In this document: piece after piece, positions 40,085-48,717 of the stretch | How the letters are laid out: the number at the start of each line of letters is the position of its first letter | How positions within the stretch are numbered: position 1 is the first letter of the stretch | From: an uncultured Pseudomonadota bacterium | GTDB taxonomy: Bacteria; Oederibacteriota; Muellerivitia; Muellerivitales; Muellerivitaceae | DNA: 64,000 nt | Assembly (NCBI GenBank): GCA_963843375.1 | Contig: CAWJKT010000014.1 | Span: forward strand, 128,001 to 192,000 | Direction of reading: 5' to 3' | The notes under the pieces: model-generated | Seen by the model: only the letters and a program-made list of their open reading frames with translations | What the model was told of the DNA's origin: nothing | Database searches by the model: none | Position numbers and translations under genes: made by a program

Positions 40085-43000
40085 ATGCCAGACAAGAAAA
40101 AAACTATGAACAACGGCCAAGAAAAAAATTCCTTTAAGGGCTATTGCCGGTTTTTTAGGCGGGGAACGGGCACGGTATTACCAGTTCTTTTTTTCTTCTT
40201 TGCGCTTATTTCCCATCTGCAAGCTCAAATTAATTACGGCACGGCTAATTACAATTCCGCCACCTACACCTATACATCTATCGCGACCGCTTATGCTCCA
40301 TCCGGGGCGGGAGCTTGCGGTTTTCCGGCAGGGTCAGACCCGACACTTACAGCAGCTATCAACTCTAACTCCGGGGGCGGGGGTGACGATTATCAAAACG
40401 GTTTAGCTTGCGGAGCCTGCGCGGCTTTAACAGTAACGGGGGATGCGGAAGCCATCACGGTGATGATTGATAATAGCTGCCCCTCTTGTACTGTTGCCGA
40501 CCAATTGGATTTGACGCAAGCGACATGGCAGGCATTGACAGGTGATACAAATTATGGACAGCTCAACATTGAATGGAAATTTGTCGCTTGTCCTTTAAGT
40601 CTTATGGCCGGTGATTCTTCGGGCGATATCACGTACGAATGGAAGTCGGGATGCAGTTCCGGTTATGACCCCATCCAATTTATGGATACTTTGTTTCCTA
40701 TTATAAGCGTGAGTTATAGTACTGCCAGCGGAGGGCCTTATACTGCACTGACCCTTGGGGCAAATGGAGTGGGCGGGAACAATTACTGGGGAACCACCAG
40801 CGGCAACTTGAACGGAACCACGGGCCCCTTTTATTTTGACGTGACGGATGGCGCGGGAGGTTCAGTCACGATCGGTCCTCTTACCGTGGCCAGCTGCGGT
40901 ACCGTCAGCGCGACCAGCGTCCAAGTTCCCGGTCCCGGGCCTACCGCTACACCCACCAAAACAAATACACCAGGCGGACCCACCAATACACCTACGGCTT
41001 TACCGACTGACACCGCCACCCCCGGTACTGGGTGCGGTTATGATACGAATTCCGGTGCAGCCTGCACTTTCACCCAAAGCACCTCCTCTGACAATTGCGT
41101 TACCTCAAGCTCCGCCGCCAGCACGGAAGCCATCAATCAGTTCTATAGTTATGGGGCCTCTGGCGTGTCTGTTCTTTACTGCGGTGGGAGTACGGCCGGC
41201 GCGAACGCATCGCCACAAGTGATTACCATGCAATGTTCTCCACCTGCCGGCGCCACAATCCAAGCGGCATTTTTGGATGTGGTGGAATATAACAGCAGTG
41301 GAACCCCAGCCCCTTCCACGGGAGCCGTAGTTTTAGGAGGTAAAACGACCGCGGCCGGAACGATGACCGGTAGTGGTAATCTCTGGAATGTATTTAATGA
41401 CCCGAGGTATGGATATGACATTACCAGCTATCCCGATCAAACGGCCTACAATATCCGCTACAATGTCACCAGTGATGTTTCTTTGTCAACGAACAGCTAC
41501 ACCGTTACTTACCCCAACATTGGCTCGAATACGGCATGGTCCGCCTCCTTGGTGATCGTCTACACGATTCCGGCTCCCAACGTCTGTGGAGCGGTAGCCC
41601 TAGATGACGGTCTTTTTTATTGGGATACGGGAGATGGAAACCTTCGAGAAGGCGTTACTCCCTATGCTCCGACAGTAGATTGGAGTTGCACGGATCCCAC
41701 CACAAGTTGCGGCACCAACAATTTTTCTGTTTTTGGAGGCAGCCAATACGGGCTTAATAGCAGTCAAACCCCGCCATTTACTGATAATTTTTACGGATCA
41801 ACTACGGGTGGAACCGCTGTTTCTTCCACTGACGCAACCGAATGGAGCAACTGCACCGCCCTGGGAACCTGCGGCCAGCCGACGGCTTTTGATCAGACTT
41901 ACACAGGAGTAGCCACGTCGGGGACAAATAAGATCACCTGGGGCTTAGGGGATCCCATCACCACGAACAAACAAGAATATTGGGTTAACATGTTGGCGGC
42001 TGGCTGTAACGCCACCTGCAATACCCCTACACCGACACCTACCCCGACGCGCACCAATACCAACACGCCCGTACCAACACCCACTTCAACGAATACGACC
42101 ACGGCCACCAGTTCGGCGACTGCCACTTCGACCCATACGACTACTTCAACCGTAACCTCAACCAGTACCAATTCCGTTACCTCAACGGCAACCTCAACCA
42201 AAACGAACACTTCAACGGCGACCGCTGTCGCAACGGCTACCGCCACAGCCGTGCCCCCTACGGCAACCGCAACCGCCGTGGCAACCGCTACAGCCGTTTC
42301 CACCTCTACCCCAACGCCTGTCCCCACTGCTACGGCTGTGGCTACGGCTGTTCCGGCTACCGCTACAGCTACCGTGGCAGTTCCCACTTCCACGTCCGTG
42401 GCTACGGTTGTGCCTCCCACGATGACCTTTACCGCCACAGTTGTCGCGACCAACACCACTGTGGCCACGGTCGTAGCTCCAACTGTTCCACCTACGAATA
42501 CAGCTGTCAACACCGCAACGGCGGTGCCAACCTCCACGGTCACAAATACCTTTACTCCATCGAATACAAAGACCGCCACTAATACAGCTATTGCCACCAA
42601 CACCCCAACCAATACTTTAACGGCTACCAATAGCTTTACTTTTACCGGGACTAGGACTCCCACCAATACTTACACTGTTACGAATACCCCGACGGTAACC
42701 AATACCTCGACCAATACTTTAACGGCTACCAATAGCTTTACTCTTACGGATACTAGGACTCCCACCAACACTAACACGGTTACGAATACCCCTACGACAA
42801 CCAATACCCCAACAAACACTTTTACATCTACTAATAGTTTTACTCCAACCGATACGAAGACACCCACTAACACACCCACCCTTACCAACACTCCGACCTC
42901 AACCAATACTGCCACTACCACTTTTACGCCCACGAACAGTTATACGCTTACGGACACAAAGACCCCTACCAACACCGCCACTAACACTAATACTCCTACC

Positions 43001-44620
43001 GTCACCAATACCTCGACCAATACCTTTACAGCTACCAATAGCTTTACTCTTACGGATACCAGGACTCCCACCAACACTTACACGGTTACGAATACCCCAA
43101 CGGCTACTAATACCCCGACAGATACCTTTACACTTACAAATACACACACACCTACTGTAACTTTTACCCCGTCCAATACACATACGGAAACCAATACTCC
43201 CACCGAGACCGATACGCCGACACCCACAAAAACAGCAACGAATACGGCGACAGCGACGGCAAGCTCGACGCCGACTGCGACTTATACTTTCACGCCGACT
43301 TACACTTTCACCTACACTTCAACCCCGACCTTTACCTTTACGCCGACGCCGGGGGTGAGCATCGTGAAGAAAGCCTCGGAAACGGTGGCGAATTCGGGAG
43401 ACTTGGTGACTTATAGCCTGATCCTGAACGTGGTGGAAGCGGCGGCCAGTTCGGTGACGGTGACGGACGTTCTTCCGGCGAATATGACGTTCAAGGGCTT
43501 CGCGTTGGTGCCGCCGGGTGGAGTGACGAGCGCGGTGGGCAATGACTTGAGCTGGACTTTCCCCAGCTTGCCGGTGGGAGCGGTGACGCTGACGTACCAG
43601 GCGGTAGTGGGGAACTTGCTGGCGGGCGGGACGGTCTTGACGAACAACGCGCAATTGACCTATGCGGGCAACCCGGTGCCGCAGAAGGCGTCGGTGAACA
43701 TCACGATCGCGTCGCTTTATAAGGTACAAGTGGCGGTGTACAACGCGGCGGGAGAACTGGTGGACGAGATATCGGTGGAGGAAATGTCCCAGGAAGTGAC
43801 CAGTTTCAGCCTGTCAGGGGCGACGATTACGAGCCTGGAAGGGAAGACGTACGTGGAAGTGGGTGGGGAGATCATCGCGTCATGGAATGGGCTGAACCAG
43901 TCGGGGACGCCGGTGACCAATGGCACTTATTATGTGAATGTGACGAGCACGGACCCCTATGGGTCGGTGACGAACGTATCGCAGACGGTGACGGTGAGCC
44001 GCTCGATCGCGCAGGTGATAGTGGATGTGTACAACGAGGCGGGTGAAGTGGTGAAGCATTTGTATAGCTACGCGGATGATCCCGGGAATGAATCCTTGGG
44101 GTCGGTGGCGTTGTCGACAGGAATGATCGCGCCGAATATCGGGACGCCGACCCCTGGCGGGAACAACTCGGTGACGATCACGTTCAATGGGACGTCGGTG
44201 GTATGGAATGGGACGAGCGATAGCGGTGGGATCGTGACGAACGGGGTGTATGAGATTGAGGTGAACTGGACGAACGGGAGCGGAGGCCAGCAAGTGGTGA
44301 CGAAGTCGGTGATTGTCCAGCAAGGGAACAGCCCGGTGACGAACGGCAAGGTGTACGCGTCTCCGAACATTCTGAAGGGCGTGAGCTCGACGATGGTGAA
44401 GGTGAATCCGACGACGACGGCCTTGACGCTGACGGTGAGCTTGTACGATGTGGCGGGAGAATTGGTGAAGAAGCCGGTGACGGGAGTCCCGGGTGCCAAC
44501 GAGACGAATCTGGACGTGTCGGGATTGGCCAGCGGCCTATACGTGGTGGTGGTGAACCTGAGCGATCTTAACGGCGACTTCATCCAAAAGCAGACCATCA
44601 AAATCGTCGTCCAGCGGTAA
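40085..44620 (+). CDS. Expansin-domain exoprotein with Cys-rich domain, Thr/Pro stalk, DUF11, FlgD-Ig and T9SS-like CTD
   Basis: GACGF, AAIN, NGLACGAC, DNSCPSC, LDLT, IEWKFVACP (expansin DPBB domain); C-terminal module similar to 15084. Confidence 0.88.
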   Translation: MPDKKKTMNNGQEKNSFKGYCRFFRRGTGTVLPVLFFFFALISHLQAQINYGTANYNSATYTYTSIATAYAPSGAGACGFPAGSDPTLTAAINSNSGGGGDDYQNGLACGACAALTVTGDAEAITVMIDNSCPSCTVADQLDLTQATWQALTGDTNYGQLNIEWKFVACPLSLMAGDSSGDITYEWKSGCSSGYDPIQFMDTLFPIISVSYSTASGGPYTALTLGANGVGGNNYWGTTSGNLNGTTGPFYFDVTDGAGGSVTIGPLTVASCGTVSATSVQVPGPGPTATPTKTNTPGGPTNTPTALPTDTATPGTGCGYDTNSGAACTFTQSTSSDNCVTSSSAASTEAINQFYSYGASGVSVLYCGGSTAGANASPQVITMQCSPPAGATIQAAFLDVVEYNSSGTPAPSTGAVVLGGKTTAAGTMTGSGNLWNVFNDPRYGYDITSYPDQTAYNIRYNVTSDVSLSTNSYTVTYPNIGSNTAWSASLVIVYTIPAPNVCGAVALDDGLFYWDTGDGNLREGVTPYAPTVDWSCTDPTTSCGTNNFSVFGGSQYGLNSSQTPPFTDNFYGSTTGGTAVSSTDATEWSNCTALGTCGQPTAFDQTYTGVATSGTNKITWGLGDPITTNKQEYWVNMLAAGCNATCNTPTPTPTPTRTNTNTPVPTPTSTNTTTATSSATATSTHTTTSTVTSTSTNSVTSTATSTKTNTSTATAVATATATAVPPTATATAVATATAVSTSTPTPVPTATAVATAVPATATATVAVPTSTSVATVVPPTMTFTATVVATNTTVATVVAPTVPPTNTAVNTATAVPTSTVTNTFTPSNTKTATNTAIATNTPTNTLTATNSFTFTGTRTPTNTYTVTNTPTVTNTSTNTLTATNSFTLTDTRTPTNTNTVTNTPTTTNTPTNTFTSTNSFTPTDTKTPTNTPTLTNTPTSTNTATTTFTPTNSYTLTDTKTPTNTATNTNTPTVTNTSTNTFTATNSFTLTDTRTPTNTYTVTNTPTATNTPTDTFTLTNTHTPTVTFTPSNTHTETNTPTETDTPTPTKTATNTATATASSTPTATYTFTPTYTFTYTSTPTFTFTPTPGVSIVKKASETVANSGDLVTYSLILNVVEAAASSVTVTDVLPANMTFKGFALVPPGGVTSAVGNDLSWTFPSLPVGAVTLTYQAVVGNLLAGGTVLTNNAQLTYAGNPVPQKASVNITIASLYKVQVAVYNAAGELVDEISVEEMSQEVTSFSLSGATITSLEGKTYVEVGGEIIASWNGLNQSGTPVTNGTYYVNVTSTDPYGSVTNVSQTVTVSRSIAQVIVDVYNEAGEVVKHLYSYADDPGNESLGSVALSTGMIAPNIGTPTPGGNNSVTITFNGTSVVWNGTSDSGGIVTNGVYEIEVNWTNGSGGQQVVTKSVIVQQGNSPVTNGKVYASPNILKGVSSTMVKVNPTTTALTLTVSLYDVAGELVKKPVTGVPGANETNLDVSGLASGLYVVVVNLSDLNGDFIQKQTIKIVVQR
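42608..43117 (+). repeat. Five tandem 102-bp (34-aa) coding repeats
   Basis: Unit TNTLTATNSFTxTDTRTPTNTYTVTNTPTVTNTS starts at 42608, 42710, 42812, 42914 and 43016. Confidence 0.85.
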
Positions 44621-44917
44621 GTGTAACCCATTAATGGGTAAAGCTGCGAAGTTTAATCCCTTGAATGTAAATCACCGGTGACCCTGAAAATGGGTTTTCA
44701 ATTGATATAGAAAGCTCGTGCCGGAAGTTATAACAAGTGAACCTAATGGCTTCTTATATAAAATATCCAAACTCCAAGTTTCCAATGGCTTGACCTATTC
44801 TATTTTGTGCCAATCAAAAGTTGTTTTTAGAAATCAAACTGAAACTTGGTTGATCAAAGTGATGTGTTAAAATTGGATAAATATTTATAGGGTTTGTATT
44901 TATCTGGAGGAGGTTTT

Positions 44918-45634
44918 ATGAAAAGGTTCTTGTCTGTTTTGTTCCTAATCTTCTTGCTTTATCAGAAAGTTTGGGGAAATGAATTTTACAATTCCGCGCC
45001 CGGATTTACGGTTCCAATTGGTTCCATCGCTTATTTAGGCGCCGGATACAACCCGCTACCAATCTGGAAAACGGGGAGCAGTAACACAACACTCAAAACC
45101 CGTGTGGTGCTGACTAATCCGCCTTCCAGCGCCCAGGCTATTTCCGAGGTGCAAGATGCGGTTATTAAAAACGCCGTAAAATGGAAACTTGATGTGGAGG
45201 CTGTTCCTACTGACATCGAGGACCAAAGAGCCTTGCTTCGATACATTTTTCATCCTGCTCAACCGGACAAGTTTCCATTTAGTTTAAAAAAACTTTCCTC
45301 CCTGGCAGGGGGGAAACCCTATGTCCTGATTGAACTGATCGATTATTACGCGACTTTCGGTTGTGGGGTTAATATCCGGGAATCGCAGGATGGAAAGAAG
45401 ATTAATTACTCCTTGAAGCGATCCATCCTGGAACAAAACGGGGGATTATTCAGCCAGCAGGGCTTCAACAAAGTGGGGGCTTTCGAGATTTTTCTCGTTT
45501 CTACCAAGGATGGAAGCCTTCTTTGGCAAGCCAATGGTTGCGATTCCTTTCAACATACTATTTTTAATTCCTTTAAGGATACTGCGGATCATGAGATGGA
45601 TAAATGCCTAAGGACCCTGGCGGGGAAAAAGTAA
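44918..45634 (+). CDS. Exported hypothetical protein
   Basis: GGAGGAGG RBS; signal peptide MKRFLSVLFLIFLL; LVSTKDGSLLWQA motif. Confidence 0.7.
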   Translation: MKRFLSVLFLIFLLYQKVWGNEFYNSAPGFTVPIGSIAYLGAGYNPLPIWKTGSSNTTLKTRVVLTNPPSSAQAISEVQDAVIKNAVKWKLDVEAVPTDIEDQRALLRYIFHPAQPDKFPFSLKKLSSLAGGKPYVLIELIDYYATFGCGVNIRESQDGKKINYSLKRSILEQNGGLFSQQGFNKVGAFEIFLVSTKDGSLLWQANGCDSFQHTIFNSFKDTADHEMDKCLRTLAGKK

Positions 45635-45733
45635 ACAGTGTCAAGAAAGGCGAGGCACCCTGGCTTTAAATAACCCTTACGAATCCCCGGCGTAGATGGA
45701 TAAATCCATTCCGGCTTAATCTGAAGCGCTTCA

Positions 45734-45817
45734 GGAGTTCTTCCTGTTGAGGAATCCAAGTGTCAAACCAGGGTATAGATATTGGCAGGCCCTTTTTACG
45801 ATCTTCTTTTGATCTAA
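45734..45817 (+). repeat. Degenerate att-like core plus arm-like pair (copy 4)
   Basis: GATCTTCTTTTGATCTAA at 45800-45817 is identical to 35546-35563; upstream GGAGTTCTTCCTG resembles GGATTTCTTCCCC; core 10/17. Confidence 0.55.
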
Positions 45818-45893
45818 ACTTGTAGAAGTGCCACAACGCCAATGGTTTTCGAACATTTCCTCGTTGAAAAATAAAGTGTCTTATTCTTTTTAG

Positions 45894-45953
45894 TTGACGA
45901 ATTATTAAACACGTTATATATAACCATGTAGTTAAATAACCGAAAGGTTATAT
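45894..45953 (+). promoter_or_regulatory. Promoter with two TAACC..GTTA dyads (ArsR-type autoregulatory operator)
   Basis: TTGACG at 45894; ATATAACCATGTAGTTAAATAACCGAAAGGTTATAT. Confidence 0.6.
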
Positions 45954-45958
45954 ACAAC

Positions 45959-46309
45959 TTGCCCACTGACCAACTTTCCGCTACTTTTTCGGCCCTGGCT
46001 GACCCCACCCGGCGCGCAATGCTGGCACGCCTAAGCTCGGGGCACGCCTCGGTTCAAGAATTGGCCAAACCCTTCCATATGAGCCTTCCGGCAATCTCCA
46101 AGCATCTCAAGGTGCTGGAAAAGAGCGGGCTGATCATCCGAAGCCGGAAAGCGCAATGGCGGCCTTGCCACCTGGAAGCGAAACGGTTGAAGGAGGTTTC
46201 CGATTGGGTTGAGAGTTATCGCCGGTTTTTCGAGGAAAGCTTCGACCGTCTGGATATACACCTGAAAGAAATTCAAAGAAAGGAGAAGAAACATGGACAT
46301 AAAACATAA
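45959..46309 (+). CDS. ArsR/SmtB-family regulator (SRPBCC-associated type)
   Basis: FSALADPTRRAML...SLPAISKHLKVLEKSGLI...QWRPC. Confidence 0.93.
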   Translation: MPTDQLSATFSALADPTRRAMLARLSSGHASVQELAKPFHMSLPAISKHLKVLEKSGLIIRSRKAQWRPCHLEAKRLKEVSDWVESYRRFFEESFDRLDIHLKEIQRKEKKHGHKT

Positions 46310-46754
46310 AGAGAAAGAATTGGTGGAGAACCGTCAAATCGTAAGAACCCGGGTTTTTGACGCGCCCCGTGAAATAGTTTGGGATGCCTGGACCGACCCG
46401 AAGCAACTGGCTCTATGGTGGGGGCCTAAAGGTTTTACCAACACTTTCAAGGAATTCAACCTGAGTTCGGGTGGGAATTGGCGCTTCGTGATGCATGGCC
46501 CTGACGGCAAGGACTATCCAAATGAAAACATCTTTGTTGAGATCGTCCGGCCTGAAAGGATCGTTTTTGACCATTTTTCAGGCCCGAAATTCCGTTTGAC
46601 GGCAATCTTCAAGGATAAAGGGGATAAAACCGAATTGGTTTGGACCATGGTTTTTGAAACGGCTGCGGGGTATGAACAAGTGAAACCCTTTGCGTTAGCG
46701 GGTTTAGAGCAGAATCTGGATAAACTGGAGGCTCATCTGGCTGGTAGAGTTTGA
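46293..46754 (+). CDS. SRPBCC/AHSA1-like protein
   Basis: RVFDAPREIVWDAWTDP..L..WWGPKGF, MHGPDGKDYPN. Confidence 0.92.
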   Translation: MDIKHKEKELVENRQIVRTRVFDAPREIVWDAWTDPKQLALWWGPKGFTNTFKEFNLSSGGNWRFVMHGPDGKDYPNENIFVEIVRPERIVFDHFSGPKFRLTAIFKDKGDKTELVWTMVFETAAGYEQVKPFALAGLEQNLDKLEAHLAGRV

Positions 46755-46790
46755 AGTTGTTTGAGTGGATTCAAAAAAACATTCAGGAGA

Positions 46791-47279
46791 ATGGATATGG
46801 CCAGAATAAATAAAAAACTTGGTGAGAAATCCCCTGTAAAAGAGCTAGTCCTTAAGCGTATCTTTGACGCACCACGAGAGTTAGTGTTTAAGGCTTGGAC
46901 TGATCCGAAACAGGTCGCGAAATGGTGGGGACCGCACTTATACACCAATCCGATCTGTGAATGGGACGCGAGAGTGGGGGGCGAAATTCTTGTGCACATG
47001 AAGGGGCCCACAGGTACCCATCCGATGTCAGGGGTATTTAAGGAAATAAAGCCGCCCGTGAAGCTGGTTTTTACCGCCGGGGTGCCGGATGGAAAAGGGA
47101 AGATGGTTCTGGAAAACTTGAATACGGTGACTTTTGGGGTCAAAGGGAAAAAGACCCAAATGACCCTGAAGGTCAAAGTCCTTCAGGCTATGGAAGAGGC
47201 ATTGCCGATGCTTGAGGGCATGAAGGTGGGTTGGAGCCAATCCCTGGAGAAACTCGCCGAACTATTGGGAGAAATCTAA
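46791..47279 (+). CDS. SRPBCC/AHSA1-like protein
   Basis: RIFDAPRELVFKAWTDP...WWGP, GWSQSLEKL; AGGAG RBS. Confidence 0.9.
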   Translation: MDMARINKKLGEKSPVKELVLKRIFDAPRELVFKAWTDPKQVAKWWGPHLYTNPICEWDARVGGEILVHMKGPTGTHPMSGVFKEIKPPVKLVFTAGVPDGKGKMVLENLNTVTFGVKGKKTQMTLKVKVLQAMEEALPMLEGMKVGWSQSLEKLAELLGEI

Positions 47280-47295
47280 ACAGCCCGAAGGTATA

Positions 47296-48699
47296 TTGAA
47301 AGGGGAATGGATCTTGAACACTGAAGAAGGGAAGAACTTGAAAAAACTGGTCCCCTGGATCAATTACTTGATCTTTTTCACGGTCGTGAACGAGACGGTG
47401 TTCAACGTGTCCACTCCCAAGATCGCCGAGCAATTCGCCTTGAGTCCCTCAGGCGTCAGCTGGATGATGACGATCTTCATGGTTTTTTTCGGGATCGGTT
47501 CGCTCATTTACGGCAAACTTTCGGATATCTATAGTCCTAAGGGTCTCATCATCATCGGCGTGGTTGTGTATTGTATAGGTTCGGTCATGGGTTTCGCACT
47601 GAGGTTTTCCTATCCACTGGTCATCATGGCTCGGGCGTTCCAGGGAATCGGGGCCTCGGCCATACCCGCTCTGGTCTTCGTGGTTGTCGCCCGGTATTTC
47701 GAGGTCCATGAGCGGGGAAAGATTTTTGGAACCATCACTTCCACCGTTTCCTTCGGAATCGGTGTGGGCCCGGTTGTGGGAGGTTTCGTATCGGGCTCGC
47801 TCAACTGGTCCTATCTTTTTCTAATCCCTCTTTTCACGCTGGTTTCGATCCCTTTTTTCAACCGAGAACTGCCCTGGGAGCCCCGGCGGGAGGGAACTGT
47901 TGATACCATCGGCGCTATCCTGGTGGCTTTAACTGTCGGAGCCCTTATGCTTTTTTTAAACTTAAGCCAATGGGTTTATTTGGCGGCCTTCATGGCTTTC
48001 CTCGGGCTTTTCCTTTGGCACATTCATCGTTCCTCTGACCCATTCATCAAACCTTCTTTATTCAAAAATATTAAATTCCGGGACGGTGTAATCGTGGGGT
48101 TCAGTCTCTTTTCCGTCGTCATTGGCGTCCTTTTTCTGATCCCTCTGATGCTCCATGAGGTCAATGGCCTAAGTACCAGCCAAATCGGGCTGGTTCTTTT
48201 TCCGGGCGCCATCAGTTCGGTCTTTTTCGGACCTATCGCGGGCACACTGGCCGACCGCAAGGGAAACCCATTTGTGGTGGCTATCGGACTTTCTCTGTTG
48301 GTGGCAAGTATGGTCTTGATGGCTTTCTTTTTGAGCCTATCCCCCTTTCTTGTGGCTTTCGCCTTATTGCTCACCTATGTGGGATTCTCGCTTTTCCAAA
48401 CCGCAATGATCAACAGCATCTCTCAAACCCTGCCCGAAAATGAAACAGGGGTCGGGATGGGGGTATTTAACCTCGTTGGCATTATTTCCGGAGCCGTGGG
48501 AACCACCCTAGTCGGCAAGATCCTCGATGGTCGATGGCTGGAATTTTCCCTGCTTTCCACCCTGACGAAGGGCTATGCCTACAGTAATTTGTTGCTCTTG
48601 CTTTCGGTGGTCGTCATTTTGGGTGGGGCTTTATACCTTCGCAGTTATCGCCAAATGACGCCCAACAAGTCCGACTTGGTAGGTATTTCAGAAGTTTAA
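47296..48699 (+). CDS. 14-TMS MFS efflux pump, Tet(K)/Tet(L)-like
   Basis: FFTVVNETVFNVSTP.IA, YGKLSD, ERGKIFG, GVGPVVGG and YSNLLLL recall Tet(L)/Tet(K) motifs. Confidence 0.8.
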   Translation: MKGEWILNTEEGKNLKKLVPWINYLIFFTVVNETVFNVSTPKIAEQFALSPSGVSWMMTIFMVFFGIGSLIYGKLSDIYSPKGLIIIGVVVYCIGSVMGFALRFSYPLVIMARAFQGIGASAIPALVFVVVARYFEVHERGKIFGTITSTVSFGIGVGPVVGGFVSGSLNWSYLFLIPLFTLVSIPFFNRELPWEPRREGTVDTIGAILVALTVGALMLFLNLSQWVYLAAFMAFLGLFLWHIHRSSDPFIKPSLFKNIKFRDGVIVGFSLFSVVIGVLFLIPLMLHEVNGLSTSQIGLVLFPGAISSVFFGPIAGTLADRKGNPFVVAIGLSLLVASMVLMAFFLSLSPFLVAFALLLTYVGFSLFQTAMINSISQTLPENETGVGMGVFNLVGIISGAVGTTLVGKILDGRWLEFSLLSTLTKGYAYSNLLLLLSVVVILGGALYLRSYRQMTPNKSDLVGISEV

Positions 48700-48717
48700 A
48701 TTGGGGGGGATTCTCGC

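Larger units (their letters stand above)
26148..48699. mobile_element. Tandem integrase-less island/cassette array at tRNA-Glu (right boundary uncertain)
   Basis: tRNA 3' copies at 34238, 35486 and 45741 (degenerate), each followed by a GATCT pair at fixed spacing; accessory cargo; sharp GC/AT contrasts; no integrase in the window. Confidence 0.65.

Noticed and set aside
15084..44620. Diversity-generating retroelement acting on the exoproteins
   Set aside because: No reverse transcriptase and no TR/VR pair with adenine-specific mismatches was seen.
26148..45817. CRISPR array or classical integron attC array
   Set aside because: Repeats are kilobases apart, derive from the tRNA and lack attC dyad structure; no cas or intI gene is present.
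45959..46309. ArsR as regulator of the arsenic genes
   Set aside because: It lacks arsenic-binding Cys motifs, belongs to the SRPBCC-linked type and lies in a different cassette.
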